DNA from: an uncultured Ruficoccus sp.
Lineage (GTDB): Bacteria; Verrucomicrobiota; Verrucomicrobiia; Opitutales; Cerasicoccaceae
Assembly (NCBI GenBank): GCA_965140785.1
Contig: OZ223497.1
Location: 1 to 64,000, forward strand
Direction of reading: 5' to 3'
Length of the DNA: 64,000 nucleotides
A program made the translations under genes and the position numbers. Numbering within the stretch: position 1 is the first letter of the stretch; each line of letters begins with the position of its first letter. Below are positions 21,792 to 32,032 of the stretch, piece after piece. The notes under the pieces are model-generated. The model searched no databases and was not told where the DNA came from. It worked only from the letters and a program-made list of their open reading frames with translations.

Positions 21792-23333
21792 ATGAAGGTG
21801 GGTCAGATTGAGAAGACGTGGACACGCCGTTTCTGGCTTTTGCTGGGGACGGTAACGGTGCTGCGCATCCTCTATCTGGCTGTATTTCCCTACGATCTGG
21901 TGGGCGATGAGGCCTACTACTGGGACTGGGGACGCCAACTGGACTGGGGCTATTTTTCCAAGCCACCCATGATCGGCTGGCTGATGGGCGTCTTCGACTG
22001 GCTCGGCGGCGGTTCGCTGGCCGGGATCAAGCTGGCCCCGATCCTCTTCGGGGTGGGGACGTGCGTATGGGTTTTCCTGCTGGCCCGGCGCCTGTACGGA
22101 GCGCGGGCGGGCTTCTGGGCGGCGGCCCTGATGATGGCCTCGGTCGGCAATGTCGCCCTCAACGTGCTTTTCACCATCGATGCGCCCCTGCTGTTTTGCT
22201 GGACCGGGGCGCTCTATGTTTTCTGGCGGTTGGTCGAACCCGGCGAGGAGGCAGCGGCCTCACGTCCGGCCTGGGCCGTGGCGCTGGTCCTGCTGCTGGG
22301 CTTCGGTGTCCTGAGTAAGCAGATGATGCTGGCCTTCTGGGCCATGGCGCTGATTTTCCTGCTCATTGATCCGCAGGCGCGCGGGCTGCTCAAGCACCCT
22401 GGCACCTGGCTGGTGGCGGTGGCGGCGCTGCTGTTTCTGCTGCCGCCGCTGTGGTGGAACTGGCAGAACGACTGGATCACCTTCGTGCACATGGAGGACC
22501 ACTTCCAGCCCGGCAAAACCGATCTGCTCGAAGTCCTGCTGCGCCCGGTGGTTTTCATCGGCGTGCAGATCGCGCTGGGCTCGGTTATCACGGGCCTGCT
22601 GCTGTTTGGGCTGGTGGTGACGGCGGCCGCGAGCTGGCGCAACTGTGGACGCCGTGAGCGCTACCTGCTGACCTTTTCGCTGCCGGGGCTGGCCGTGGTG
22701 CTGCTCCTGGCGCTGCGCCAGAATATCAACGCCAACTGGCCCGCTGTTTATTTCCCGTCGGCCTACATCCTGCTGGGGGCCTGGGGGGTGGGAGCTTTTG
22801 CCACACTAAAAGGCTTTGATCGGCTGCGCTGGCTGTTCCGCCCCGGTGTTTACCTGGGCGCGGGCTTGGCCGTGCTGGCCTACACCATGCCCTTTATCGT
22901 CAAGGCCGGCGGCTGGGAGGGCTTGGCCAAGGACCCGGGCCGTCGCATGGAGGGCTGGAGCGAAGCGGGGCGCCTGGGGGGAGACTTTTACTCCGCTTTT
23001 CCCGGTGATAAACCGGAGCTGGTCATCACCGGCGGGCACCGGCACACGGCGGCGGAACTGGCTTTCTACCTGCCCGGCCAGCCACGGGTTTACCGCTGGT
23101 TCCCTTATGGCCGTGTCGAGTCCCAATACGAGATCTGGGGCGGGCCGGTCGATGCCCATGGCAAGAACGCCCTCATTCTGTGGCCGGGCGAAGTCGAGGC
23201 GCTGCCGGAGGACCTCGCGTCCACCTTTGGCCACACCCGCCGATTGGGAGCTTTTACCGTGCAACCCGGAACAAAAAACGCTAAGGGCTTCACCGCTTTT
23301 GCCGGAACCGACTTTAAGGAATGGAAGCCATGA
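21792..23333 (+). CDS. ArnT/PMT-like membrane glycosyltransferase (GT39/GT83)
   Basis: DEAYYWDWGRQLDWGYFSKPP, TIDAP, LSK; multiple TM segments. Confidence 0.9.
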   Translation: MKVGQIEKTWTRRFWLLLGTVTVLRILYLAVFPYDLVGDEAYYWDWGRQLDWGYFSKPPMIGWLMGVFDWLGGGSLAGIKLAPILFGVGTCVWVFLLARRLYGARAGFWAAALMMASVGNVALNVLFTIDAPLLFCWTGALYVFWRLVEPGEEAAASRPAWAVALVLLLGFGVLSKQMMLAFWAMALIFLLIDPQARGLLKHPGTWLVAVAALLFLLPPLWWNWQNDWITFVHMEDHFQPGKTDLLEVLLRPVVFIGVQIALGSVITGLLLFGLVVTAAASWRNCGRRERYLLTFSLPGLAVVLLLALRQNINANWPAVYFPSAYILLGAWGVGAFATLKGFDRLRWLFRPGVYLGAGLAVLAYTMPFIVKAGGWEGLAKDPGRRMEGWSEAGRLGGDFYSAFPGDKPELVITGGHRHTAAELAFYLPGQPRVYRWFPYGRVESQYEIWGGPVDAHGKNALILWPGEVEALPEDLASTFGHTRRLGAFTVQPGTKNAKGFTAFAGTDFKEWKP

Positions 23334-24118
23334 GCATAGCCGACTCCCGTCCTCCGCGCCCGCTGATCTGGGCTCCGCTTTTTGTCCTGACCGTGGTCAG
23401 TGTGATCAGTTGGCTGACGCCGCTGGACATGTGGATCCAGCAGGCCTTTTATGGGGGCGAGGGCACCTGGCCCTATGCGGAGGACAAGCCGTGGCGCATG
23501 CTCTATGAGGTGGGCCCACTGCTGGGCGTATGCATCGGCGCTGGTTCGTTTTTCGGCTTCATCGGCAGCTACTGCTGGCGAAAGCTGCGTCCCTGGCGCC
23601 AGCCAATGATTTTCCTGGCCTTGGCGGCCTTCGTCGGTCCGGCGTTGGTGGTGAACTTCATTTTCAAGGACCACTACGGTCGCCCCCGTCCACGCGAGGT
23701 CGTGGAGTTCGGCGGGGAACGGCAGTATCTGGATGTCTGGGTTCCGGGCGAGGAGAAGGGCCATTCCTTCCCCTCCGGGCACTCGTCCATCGCCTTTTAC
23801 CTGATGACGCCGTACTTCGTGCTGCTGGCCTGGCGCCGCCGGATGGCTTATGGTTTTCTGGTCGTCGGATTCGGCTTCGGGCTGCTCATGGGGATGGGCC
23901 GGATGGTGCAGGGAGCGCATTTCCTGACAGATGTGCTCTGGTCCGCCGGCATGGTCTATCTGGTGGATTATGCGCTCTACTACCTGCTCCGGCTGAACCG
24001 CTGGACCCCACCGCGGCGCGAGCCGGTCCACTCAACCGAGCTGCGTCCGGTCCTGGCCCGGCCCGTGGTTGCCGGTTCGGCTTCGCTCTCGCGGGAACGC
24101 GACGGCGTGCGCCCATAA
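23330..24118 (+). CDS. PAP2 family phosphatase (lipid A phosphatase-like)
   Basis: KDHYGRPRP, SFPSGH, GRMVQGAHFLTD catalytic motifs; ATGA overlap with upstream gene. Confidence 0.9.
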   Translation: MSIADSRPPRPLIWAPLFVLTVVSVISWLTPLDMWIQQAFYGGEGTWPYAEDKPWRMLYEVGPLLGVCIGAGSFFGFIGSYCWRKLRPWRQPMIFLALAAFVGPALVVNFIFKDHYGRPRPREVVEFGGERQYLDVWVPGEEKGHSFPSGHSSIAFYLMTPYFVLLAWRRRMAYGFLVVGFGFGLLMGMGRMVQGAHFLTDVLWSAGMVYLVDYALYYLLRLNRWTPPRREPVHSTELRPVLARPVVAGSASLSRERDGVRP

Positions 24119-24175
24119 TCGTCTTGCCTGCACGCGGAGGGCGGGCTTTGATTCAGGGTTTGTCAGCCACGAGCC

Positions 24176-24877
24176 ATGCCGCCTGAGTTTTCCATCATCA
24201 TCCCGTTCTACAACGAAGAAGAAAGCGTCGTCGCGGTGCTCGAAGAGGTCTGCCGCTGCCAGCCCGAGGCCGAGGTCATCGCGGTGGACGATGGCAGCTC
24301 CGACGCCACCTGGGAAAATATCCAAACTGTCCCTGGTGTGCGGGGACTGCGCGCGACGGCCAACCGCGGCCAGAGCGCGGCCATGTACGCCGGACTCCAG
24401 CACGCGCGGGCTCCCATCGTGGGCCTGATGGACGGTGACGGACAGAACGACCCGGCCGACTTCGCCAAGCTCCTCACCGCCATGACGGAGGGGGTGGACG
24501 TGGTCGTCGGTTACCGGGCCAAGCGCAAGGACACCTTCAGCCGCCGGGCCGCTTCCAAGATAGCCAACCGCATCCGCCGGATGTTTTTGGATGACGGCGT
24601 GCGCGACACCGGCTGCTCCTTAAAGGTCTTTCGCCGCGAGGCCGTCCAATACCTCGTCCCCTTCAATGGCCTGCACCGCTACCTGCCGGCGATCTTTAAA
24701 AAGGCCGGGCTCACCGTCGCCCAGGTGCCTGTCAACCACCGCCCCCGCGCCCAGGGCACCTCGAAGTACACCAACTGGGACCGCGCCCTGCGCGGTATTT
24801 ACGACCTCATCGGCGTGAGCTGGCTGCTCAAGCGCAAGGTCCATTATCCCTCGATCGAAGAGAATACGCATGATTGA
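24176..24877 (+). CDS. Polyprenyl-phosphate glycosyltransferase (GT2, DPM1/ArnC/RgtE-like)
   Basis: [43 protein letters not shown]. Confidence 0.9.
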   Translation: MPPEFSIIIPFYNEEESVVAVLEEVCRCQPEAEVIAVDDGSSDATWENIQTVPGVRGLRATANRGQSAAMYAGLQHARAPIVGLMDGDGQNDPADFAKLLTAMTEGVDVVVGYRAKRKDTFSRRAASKIANRIRRMFLDDGVRDTGCSLKVFRREAVQYLVPFNGLHRYLPAIFKKAGLTVAQVPVNHRPRAQGTSKYTNWDRALRGIYDLIGVSWLLKRKVHYPSIEENTHD

Positions 24878-25265
24878 TTGCCTGACTTTCCTCGCCGCCG
24901 CCGATCCGGTCGCGGCCCAACCGGGCTTCATGGACAGCCCCCTGTTTGAAGTAGCCAGCCTCGGCCTGACCATCACGCCCTGGAAGCTGATCGGCTACTT
25001 CGGGGTGGCCGTCTTCGGCTCACGCTGGCTCGTGCAGGTCTTTGCCACGCATAAGGCGAAAAAAGTCACCATGCCGCGCCTGTTCTGGTACATGAGTCTG
25101 ACCGGTAGCATATGCCTGATCTCATACTTCATCTGGGGCAAAAACGACTCCGTCGGCATTCTTTCAAACCTCTTCCCGGCCACCATCGCCTTCTACAACC
25201 TCCTCACCGACATCCGCCACTCCAAGTCGCAGAAGACCGCTGGCGAGGAAACCCCTGCCTCCTAG
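24870..25265 (+). CDS. Lipid-A-disaccharide synthase N-terminal (LAB_N) domain small membrane protein
   Basis: WKLIG..G...F.SRWLVQ, P.LFWYMSL.G, DSVGI. Confidence 0.85.
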   Translation: MIDCLTFLAAADPVAAQPGFMDSPLFEVASLGLTITPWKLIGYFGVAVFGSRWLVQVFATHKAKKVTMPRLFWYMSLTGSICLISYFIWGKNDSVGILSNLFPATIAFYNLLTDIRHSKSQKTAGEETPAS

Positions 25266-25312
25266 GGCCTGTACACACCCTAAGTCTTTGGCTATCTTCA
25301 AAGCGCATTTAT

Positions 25313-25351
25313 CTTTGTGATCTTCGTGTCTTCTTCGTGCGCTTCGTGACC
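25313..25351. repeat. Single arm of the 9-nt-period array (CTTCGTG type)
   Basis: CTTTGTGATCTTCGTGTCTTCTTCGTGCGCTTCGTGACC; 32/39 identical by hand to 39269-39307. Confidence 0.8.
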
Positions 25352-25358
25352 TTTTTTT

Positions 25359-26306
25359 CTACCCCCCCAGCACCCAGAAGCCGAGCTTGACCCACAGCGG
25401 GATGGTCAGCATGCCGGTCAGGCAACTGGCCGCCACGGCCTGAAAGGCGAGGTTGCCGGAGCCGCCGTAGTGCTTGGCCAATACGACCGGAAAAACCCCG
25501 CACGGCATGGCGGCATGGACCAGGATCACGTCCCGTACTGCCGGAGAGAAGGGGATGACCAGCGCCGCCCCCAGCATGAGCGCGGGCAGTAGCCCCTGGC
25601 GCATGAGTACCGCGCCGGCGGCGACATTGAGGCGGAACTTCGCGCCGCTCTCGCGGGCCAGTTCGCAAAAGGCCACCCCGATGATAAAAATCCCGATCGG
25701 GATGGCGCAGGCTGCCAGCATGTCGATCAGGCTCAGCGCGGCATCGGGCAACAGGTCGCGCCCGCCGAGGTAGTTCAGGGGCAGGCCGATCATCACCGCC
25801 ACCGCCGGCGGCGATAGCGCCCGCTTCAGGCTCTGGCGGCTGAACCGTCCCGAAACCATCGCGACGCCGACCGACCAGATGGCCAGGTCGACCCCGACAT
25901 TGACCACCAGCATGACGCCGATGGTCTCGTCCGAAAAGGACAGTGCCGCCACCGGGATGGCGATGTAGCCGAAGTTGTACACGGCTGTGACAAAGGCGAA
26001 GCTGCCCCGGTCCCGCGCCCCCCGGATGCCGAAGACCGGTGCCAGCGCCGCCACCAGAAAGGCACTCAGCGCGACAAAAAGATAGCCGGTGGCCACGGCC
26101 TCGATGACGACCGAAGTTTCCCGCAACTGCTCGTTGCCCAGCACAAAACGGAAGATCAGGCAGGGATAAAGCACATAGACGACCAGGCGCATGACGTCCT
26201 TTTCGCTCTGGGCAGTGAACCACCCCCGCGCCCGCATAATCCAGCCCATTCCCACCAGCAGAAAGACGGGCAGCACCGCGGAGAAGATCGTACCATAACC
26301 GGCCAT
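25359..26306 (-). CDS. AEC (auxin efflux carrier) family transporter
   Basis: VLPVFLL..G, YVLYPCLIF, NFGYIAIP, AAMP motifs. Confidence 0.9.
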   Translation of the reverse strand: MAGYGTIFSAVLPVFLLVGMGWIMRARGWFTAQSEKDVMRLVVYVLYPCLIFRFVLGNEQLRETSVVIEAVATGYLFVALSAFLVAALAPVFGIRGARDRGSFAFVTAVYNFGYIAIPVAALSFSDETIGVMLVVNVGVDLAIWSVGVAMVSGRFSRQSLKRALSPPAVAVMIGLPLNYLGGRDLLPDAALSLIDMLAACAIPIGIFIIGVAFCELARESGAKFRLNVAAGAVLMRQGLLPALMLGAALVIPFSPAVRDVILVHAAMPCGVFPVVLAKHYGGSGNLAFQAVAASCLTGMLTIPLWVKLGFWVLGG

Positions 26307-26448
26307 GACAAATTCGGCATTATCCGACGGATCACCGCGTCTGTCTAGGCAATGTTTACAAACCTTGCCCGGATCGTTGCCCATGCCGCCGGATTGACGG
26401 CGGTATCCATGATGCGTGAGCATCACAGGTGCAGGACTGTGTCCTGCC

Positions 26449-27039
26449 CTAGCGGCGGGTGATTGCCAGCAGGCGGGGAGCTTCCGGTTTGGCCGTGGGG
26501 GAGACGATCAGCTCGACCTCGTAGTCCAGTTGGGGCAGGTTCTGCGCCCATTCCACGACGGCCTCGGCTTCCTCGGCTCCGCCCTCGTGTCCGGGGTAGA
26601 TGACCACGCTCATGCGCCCGCCGCTGCCCAGGCACCCGGCGGCGGCTTTCAAGGCGGGGAGGGTGGTCTGCGGGGTGGTGATGATGCGCTTGTCCCCCCG
26701 GGGGAGGTAGCCGAGGTTGAACATCACCGCCTTGAGGTGACCCTTCCAGGTCTCGGGCAAGTGCCTGAGCAGGTTTTCGTGGCCGGCGTGCACGAGCTTG
26801 ACCCGGGCCAGCAGGCCCGCTTCGCCGAGCAGGAGATTGGTGTTTTGATGGGCGGTCTCCTGGATGTCGAAACCGATCACCTGTCCCTGCGGGCCGACCT
26901 GGTCAGCGAGAAAAAACGTGTCCAGCCCGTTGCCGACAGTGGCGTCCAGCGCGAAGTCACCCGGTCGTATGACCTCGGCGATCATCTTCTGCGCCAGGGC
27001 GGTCATCGAAAGCTGGCAGGGCTGCGTGGTCGGGGTCAT
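26449..27039 (-). CDS. SAM-dependent methyltransferase, YtqB/MnmM-like (rRNA_methylase family)
   Basis: DATVGNGLDT, FDIQ, FNLGYLPRGDK.I.T, YPGHEGG..E. Confidence 0.85.
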   Translation of the reverse strand: MTPTTQPCQLSMTALAQKMIAEVIRPGDFALDATVGNGLDTFFLADQVGPQGQVIGFDIQETAHQNTNLLLGEAGLLARVKLVHAGHENLLRHLPETWKGHLKAVMFNLGYLPRGDKRIITTPQTTLPALKAAAGCLGSGGRMSVVIYPGHEGGAEEAEAVVEWAQNLPQLDYEVELIVSPTAKPEAPRLLAITRR

Positions 27040-28088
27040 GGCCGGTAGAGATCAACGGACGGAGGAAGCGCTTTCCTTTCATCCAAATGATCAGTGAAGA
27101 CCTCCGCCCAACCGGGCACAAGACTATTTGCCTTCGAGCCAAAGCCGTTGAAAAGCGCGAGCGCGGGGTGCTGCCGGTGGCGGCCCATCAGGGGCTGATT
27201 ATCGCGGGTGCAGACCCGCACCCCGGCCACATGGCCGGTGACGCTCTCGCCCCGACCCAGCGGATAAATCTCCCGGAATGCCTTCAACAGCCGCTCGCGC
27301 CCCTCGGCGGTCGGTTCCATGTCCAGGCTCGAGCGGTCATAGGTGGCGCCGAGCCGGAGTTCACCGGAGCCGACGGGCAGCAGCCATTTGCCCTTGTTCA
27401 GTACTTCGTCCGGCAACGGGCCGGGGAAGGTGAGGTCGAGGATCTCTCCCTTGACCGGGTCGGTCGGGATATCGCGGAACCACGGGTTGTCCCGTACGCG
27501 CATGCCCTCGCAGAAAACCACCGTCCGGAACGTCCGCTCCCCCCAGCGCACGCCGTCCGCTTCGAGGTGCAGATCGTCGTGACGAAACGCGGCCTCGACC
27601 AGCGCTCCGGCTGCTTGCAAGCGGGCTCGCAGGCTCTCCAGTAACGGCCCGCTGGCCACATAGCCCCCGCCCCGGATGACGAAGCTGCCCAGCGGATCGT
27701 ACACATCCTCCAACGAGCCGGGCGGCGAAATTTCGCCCAGATAAGGCGCGTAGGCCGGGTCGGCCTGGCGCTTGTCCAGTTGAGTCTGTTCCTGCTCATT
27801 GCGCAGGATGCGCCGGATCGGCAAAGGAAAAAAAAGCTGCCGCCCCACCTGTTGAGAGAGTTGATGAAAATAGTCCTGCGCGGACGGCAGCAGCCACTCG
27901 GAGTCCGGGGCCAGGGCGAAACGCTTACCCGCGAGCGGATTGACCATCCCGGCGGCCACGCGGGTGGAGCTGGTTTTATGGCCGTCGTCCACGACCACGA
28001 CCTTTCGCCCGCGTGCCAGCAGTTTGTCCGCCAGCACGCTGCCGGCGATGCCCTGGCCGACGATCAGATAATCCGCGTCATGAATCAT
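27036..28088 (-). CDS. FAD-dependent oxidoreductase (DAO / glycine oxidase / MnmC oxidase-like)
   Basis: IVGQGIAG, SSTRVAAG, PVKGE, GATY, AGVR, NGFGSK. Confidence 0.88.
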   Translation of the reverse strand: MIHDADYLIVGQGIAGSVLADKLLARGRKVVVVDDGHKTSSTRVAAGMVNPLAGKRFALAPDSEWLLPSAQDYFHQLSQQVGRQLFFPLPIRRILRNEQEQTQLDKRQADPAYAPYLGEISPPGSLEDVYDPLGSFVIRGGGYVASGPLLESLRARLQAAGALVEAAFRHDDLHLEADGVRWGERTFRTVVFCEGMRVRDNPWFRDIPTDPVKGEILDLTFPGPLPDEVLNKGKWLLPVGSGELRLGATYDRSSLDMEPTAEGRERLLKAFREIYPLGRGESVTGHVAGVRVCTRDNQPLMGRHRQHPALALFNGFGSKANSLVPGWAEVFTDHLDERKALPPSVDLYRP

Positions 28089-28112
28089 GAATACATCCGA
28101 AAGGGGAGGGCG

Positions 28113-29695
28113 TTAGTTGCCGTTACCCTTGGCTTGCGCCTGCTCGGCGGGGAGGACGGCTCCTTCGATAAAGCGGCTCAGGTAACCTTCAGCGAGCTTT
28201 TGCGCGGTGGCCGGTTGATACGGTGCGAAGACCGACAGGTGCATGACTTGGGCGTTGCTGATGCGGTAGCCCTCCCAAGCCTGCTGGAGGCGGCCAAGCG
28301 GGCTCCAGTCGCGTTTGTTGCCGTCAACCAGCAGCGGGCCGGTCGCGGTCTTGTTAAAGAAAAGTTGCAGCACGATGTCGTCGCGCTGGTAGATTTGATG
28401 CTCCCAGGTAAACTCCCGTCCAGCGATGGTCATGACGAGTGGCGGGCAGCTTTCCACCAAGGCGAAATTCTGTGAGGGCAGGCAGGTCTCTGGCTGATGA
28501 ATGTTGTGGGCGAAGGCCGAGTAGGTGCTGCCGTCGAAGCGCAGCCACATCAGTTGCCACAGCGCGCCGTTGGGGTCGAGCCAAGTGTACAGGCGGGCGT
28601 CTTCGTAGGGCAGTTGTTCGCGCACCAGCAGCGGGATGTCCTGCTGGCGGATATTGGGATCGGGCAACTCGTCCACGAGTTTCCAGCCCGCCGCATAGGT
28701 CATGGCCGGAGCGCGCTGCTCATGCCAGCGGTACCAGCCCTCGGCCAGAACATGTACGCTGATCGCCAGCACGAGAATGACCATAAGCAGAAAAACGTGC
28801 CCGCGCGGAGCTTCGCGTGCGGCCTGGCGGATGACGCCGTTCTCGCCGGAGACGTGCCGGGGCGGCTCCCACCGGAACAGGCTGAGGAACTTGGCCTCGA
28901 CGAACATCAGCACGATAAAAACCAACTGCGAAATCCAGCCGATCCGGTCGTGCCACAGCGTCATCGTCTCCTGGGAGTGGCTGTGCAGCATGATCGAAAC
29001 CAGCGCCACCACCCGGCCCACATTGATCAGGTAGGCGGTCAGAAAACAGGCTGCCAGCAGGAGAATACGGCGCTTGATCGACAGCCACATGAACGCCCCC
29101 AGAAAGAGCCCCCCGACCAGGGCCAGGTGAAAGGAGCGGATCCCGCTGCACGCCTCGGCCAGATGGGAAATTCCATAAGCGGTCTGGATTTCGTAGCCGG
29201 TGGAGTGGACTTCGTACCCGGCCAGCCCAGCAGCGTCTGCGCGGTCTGGCCCACGCTCAGCAGCGAGTGCAGGGTGACGGCGTTCTCGATCTTTACCGGC
29301 CAGGGCAGGCCGACCAGCATGAACAGGACGGGAAAAGCCAGGATTTTGACCCAGCGTCGCCCGAAAAACCGCTCGATCATCAACAGCAGGACGATCGCCG
29401 TGCCGAGCATGAAAAGCGTATCGAGCACCCGCCAATCCGGATTGCCCACTTGGACGATGCGTAGCGGCACCCACGTCAACAGGATCAGGACGATCAACGG
29501 CGCCAGCAGGCGGTTGTTGTCAGGCCGGTGGCGGGGCAGCCGGTCCAACCGCTGCACAGCCAACAGCGCGGCCAGCACCAGTGCGAACCAGCCGAAGCCA
29601 TAGAGCGGATTGTGATTCCAGTAATGGCTGAGGTTCAGCAGAGGGCCGGCCGCCACAGCGACGAAAGCCGCTAGCAATAGCAGGGAGCGAAACAT
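28113..29695 (-). CDS. Exosortase/archaeosortase family protein with EpsI-like C-terminal domain, split by a 1-bp deletion near 29227
   Basis: W...P.YGFG N-terminus; EACSGIRS (Cys), NVGR (Arg), HD (His); C-terminal HQPETCLP; junction in C-run 29226-29228. Confidence 0.85.
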
Positions 29696-29919
29696 TGAAC
29701 TGTAATAATATCCATACCTATGCCTGCCTGCGACAAGCATAAAGTCTATCATGGGGGAGTGCCGACAGTAGAAAATCCCGCCTGGTTGAGTCGAGCGACA
29801 GGGCGCTGGGCTTGGCTATCCGGGATACGACGGGGATGCTGCGGGTATGAAAACCGCTTGCTTGTACCTCTGTCTTATCTTTTTCACAGGGGCTGCGTTT
29901 GTCGACACCGCCACTTCAC

Positions 29920-29945
29920 CGCCCGCCTGACTGCGGGCGTTTTTT
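29920..29945 (+). terminator. Rho-independent terminator-like hairpin
   Basis: CGCCCGC-ctgact-GCGGGCG followed by TTTTTT. Confidence 0.75.
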
Positions 29946-30108
29946 GTATCGAAGTATCGTGTCACGAATAATTTTTAGGTGTTTTTTTATGGTGTATATT
30001 TGGGCGGCTTATAACCAATTTTAACTACGTTTGTGCCTTTTAAACGCAACTCGTTAGCGATAATAAGGTACTGAAGGCAACACAACACGAACATTAGCCG
30101 GAGGTACT

Positions 30109-31790
30109 ATGAAAACTTATGTTAGCCGTTTTTTGCCCAACGGGGTTGTTCAAGTGCTCGCTCAGATGACTGGTCGCCCCCGATCCTGGAGCTTCCCCCT
30201 GTCCGGACGCATGCTTGCGCTCGCGCTGGCGTTTTTTCTGCCGGCGCTGGCTCCGGCGGAGGATTCGAGCCCGGCCCCCGCCAGCTCTCCGGCGATGGAT
30301 GGAGCTCCGATTCCGGACCCGGGTAATTTGCGGGCGTACCGCAAGATGAAGGGGCAGGAGTTCCAGTTTGAGATCATCGGCGCCCGCCAGGGAGCCGTTT
30401 GGGGAACGGACACCTACACCGACGATTCTCCGCTTTCATTGGCCGGCGGTTCATGCCGGATTCGGCGGTTCGAGCCCGGCCAGCAGGCAATCGTGACCGT
30501 AAAAATCCTGCCCGGCCAGGGAGGCTATGCCTCCACCCGCCAAAACGGCGTGCTTTCGCGCAGCCAGGGACGCTCGCAGGGCAGCTATCAGATCATCGAC
30601 GCCAAACTGTTGAGCCCCCCGCCTGCTCAAACCAATGAGGAGGCGACTGCTCCGGTGGTGACGGCTGCCGCCGCGGAGAAAACCCCTGTGCCTGCGCCGC
30701 CGGCGACCGAAAGCCGAGCGCCCTCCGCTTCCGCTGTCGGCTCGCCCACGGAAACCGTTGGTCAGGACCAGGCCACCCCTGCCGTTGCGGCTGACAAACC
30801 GGTGGTAAGCGCGCCTGAACCGGATTCGGTCGCGAAAGATGAGGCCCCGGCTGCGACTGAAACAGCGGCGGCGAATTCGCCGGTCCCACCGGCTAGCTCC
30901 GGCGCGTCCGAACCCAAAGCCGGGAAGGGCTTCGGTTTTTTTGACCTGCTTGAGCTTCTGGTCGGGATTGGTTATCTGGCTGGCGTGTTGGTTCTTCTCC
31001 CGCTGGTTGTGTTGACGAATATCGCGGAGCGCAAAATTCCCCGTGAGCCCACGGCCAGTGACGTTCCCCCGGACTCCGAAGCAGACGAAACATTTACCGC
31101 CGACGATGCCGCGGTGGGCGAACTGCTGGATCACGTGGCCGAAGAGCTGACCCCTGCCGAGGAAGAGGACGGCTCCACCTACAAAACCATCATCTGCGGA
31201 CGTCAGGCCAGACGGGTGAGGGAATAGATCCTGGTGAGCATTGCCGAGAAGTTCAAACCGACCAACCCGGAAGTGCTTGAGCAGGTAGATGCGTTGCGGG
31301 AGCTCTACAAGGAGCGTACCCGGCGGGTTTATACCGGTTCGATCTGGGTCATCCTCAGTGCGGTCGCGATCATGGCCATCGCCTTGTGGGGGGCCGGGGG
31401 CGGAGTGGACCGCTTCTTCATCATCCACACGCTCGGGCTGGCCTTCTACATCCTGGCCAGCCAAACGCCTGTTTACGTCCTGGAGAAACGCGCCCAACGC
31501 GCCCGCGGGGGCTCCGTGCTGGGGGCTGTCATCGGGGGCGTACTTTTCTCCTCCAACACCCGGTACTACCGCGTCGATGGAGACGGCAGAAAGGAACGCG
31601 CCTATGACCTGGAAGGCGGTGGGTTTTTCATGGCTCTTCTGGTTCTTGCGGTGGTGGTCCTGCTGTGCGGCTTCCTGATCGCCTCTTCGGCGTGTTCAGC
31701 TTCTTCATGAACTACCGCACCTCCGTGCAGCTTCCCTTCAAGCTCAAGAAGGATAAGAAGGAGGACATTGTTGAAGCTGCTGCCGCCTAG
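30109..31790 (+). pseudogene. LCCL-domain membrane protein, disrupted (local frame excursion near 30445-30470, in-frame TAG 31225-31227, 1-bp deletion near 31683)
   Basis: VWGTDTYTDDS...VTVKILPGQGGY..TRQNGV LCCL pattern; ORF 31234..31710 is in the same frame as 30109; shifted tail reads LFGVFSFFMNYRTS...AAAA* to 31790. Confidence 0.65.
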
Positions 31791-31821
31791 GCGGTGTGAG
31801 ACCCTCTTAAGGCGTATTGCA

Positions 31822-31879
31822 TCCACAGATTACACAGATGGGTACAGATTTTTCAGGTCTATCTGTGCCCACCTGTGGA
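31822..31879. repeat. Inverted pair of CACAGAT arrays (empty)
   Basis: TCCACAGATTACACAGATGGGTACAGAT ... ATCTGTGCCCACCTGTGGA. Confidence 0.75.
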
Positions 31880-32032
31880 CAAATATAAAATTACATTCGG
31901 CTACGACTTTATTTGAAGCACTCCAAAACCACAGCCCGAAGCCGTACATGTGCATTTCCTGGCATTCCCGCACGGAACGCCGAACGTCATCGATGACCCG
32001 AAGGATTACCGGGGCAGGACTTGTCCTGCCTG

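Noticed and set aside
31225..31227. Programmed TAG readthrough or pyrrolysine
   Set aside because: No pyl genes are present, TAG is a normal stop in other genes here, and the same gene has other lesions.
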